Part shown: in pieces, positions 63,438-64,000 of the stretch | Layout of the letters: the number at the start of each line of letters is the position of its first letter | Numbering within the stretch: position 1 is the first letter of the stretch | NCBI GenBank assembly: GCA_963805625.1 | Contig: CAWDVE010000017.1 | Location: forward strand, 192,001-256,000 | Length of the DNA stretch: 64,000 nt | Direction: 5' to 3' | Source of the DNA: an uncultured Candidatus Rokubacteria bacterium | GTDB taxonomy: Bacteria > Methylomirabilota > Methylomirabilia > Rokubacteriales > DASRDR01 | Notes under the pieces: model-generated | What the model saw: only the letters and a program-made list of their open reading frames with translations | Database searches by the model: none | What the model was told of the DNA's origin: nothing | Program-made: the position numbers and the translations under genes

Positions 63438-64000
63438 ATGGCCCAGCGCGACTACTACGAGATCCTGGGCGTCCAGCGGGACGCGAGCGACGCGGAGATC
63501 AAGAAGGCGTTCCGGCAGCTCGCGCTCAAGCACCATCCCGATCGGAACCCGGGCGATGCCCACGCCGAGGAGCGGTTCAAGGTCATCAACGAGGCCTACG
63601 CGGTCCTCTCGGACGGGGACCGTCGCGCCCAGTACGACCGCTACGGCCGGGTCGACCTCCCGCCGGGCGGGGCGGACTTCGGCGGGCTCGAAGACCTCTT
63701 CGGGGACCTCTTCGAGGGTTTCTTCGGCGGCCAGCGCGGAGGGCGACGCGGTCGCGCGCGGTCGGGAGACGACCTCCGCTACGACCTCGAGATCACGCTC
63801 GAAGAGGCGGCGCAGGGGCTCGAGACGCGGCTACAGATCCCGCGGCTCGAGGTCTGCGAGACCTGCCACGGGAGCGGGGCGGAGCCGGGATCGGGGCGGA
63901 CCCAGTGCCCCAACTGCAAGGGGCGCGGCCAGCTGCGCTACCAGCAGGGCTTTCTCACGGTCGCCCGTACCTGTGCCCAGTGCGGCGGCGAGGGCCAGAT
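63438..64000 (+). CDS. dnaJ: Chaperone DnaJ (runs off the window)
   Basis: [17 protein letters not shown] region, and [16 protein letters not shown] and CAQCGGEG repeats. Confidence 0.95.
   Translation, partial: MAQRDYYEILGVQRDASDAEIKKAFRQLALKHHPDRNPGDAHAEERFKVINEAYAVLSDGDRRAQYDRYGRVDLPPGGADFGGLEDLFGDLFEGFFGGQRGGRRGRARSGDDLRYDLEITLEEAAQGLETRLQIPRLEVCETCHGSGAEPGSGRTQCPNCKGRGQLRYQQGFLTVARTCAQCGGEGQ

Overview
A very GC-rich, gene-dense bacterial chromosomal segment. The gene content (many hydantoinase, GGT, amidase, peptide-ABC, LLM and Mo-hydroxylase genes) resembles Candidatus Rokubacteria / Methylomirabilota, which is an inference only. From left to right: a heterocycle-catabolism operon (hydantoinase A/B, SDR, tandem RidA, MoaD-like, xanthine-dehydrogenase-family subunits, MFS); lemA, ftsH, dnaJ-like and clpB; an M23 peptidase; a gamma-glutamyl/amidase cluster interrupted by a complete 1.35-kb IS481-like element; two peptide-type ABC systems without ATPases; thrC-like and ilvE; a small accessory patch (Cys-rich STN-like protein, DUF736-like protein, sigma54-driven FimT-like pilin); a minus-strand run of two acyl-CoA dehydrogenases, a membrane-anchored peptidoglycan amidase and a MamK-family actin; amidohydrolase, MFS and carbamoylase; a nucleotide-sugar operon; lepA-lepB-hemW; and hrcA-grpE-dnaJ without dnaK. 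The best candidate for an undescribed system is the MamK-like actin (43096-44115), which directly abuts a membrane-anchored cell-wall amidase with no magnetosome genes in the window. Also notable are the putative sigma54 FimT/DUF736 DNA-uptake module, a diverged ~87-bp dispersed repeat and several leaderless-type promoters. Several single-base frameshifts lie in or near homopolymers and may be sequencing errors. No rRNA, tRNA or CRISPR array was recognised. All family calls come from motif recognition, not database searches.
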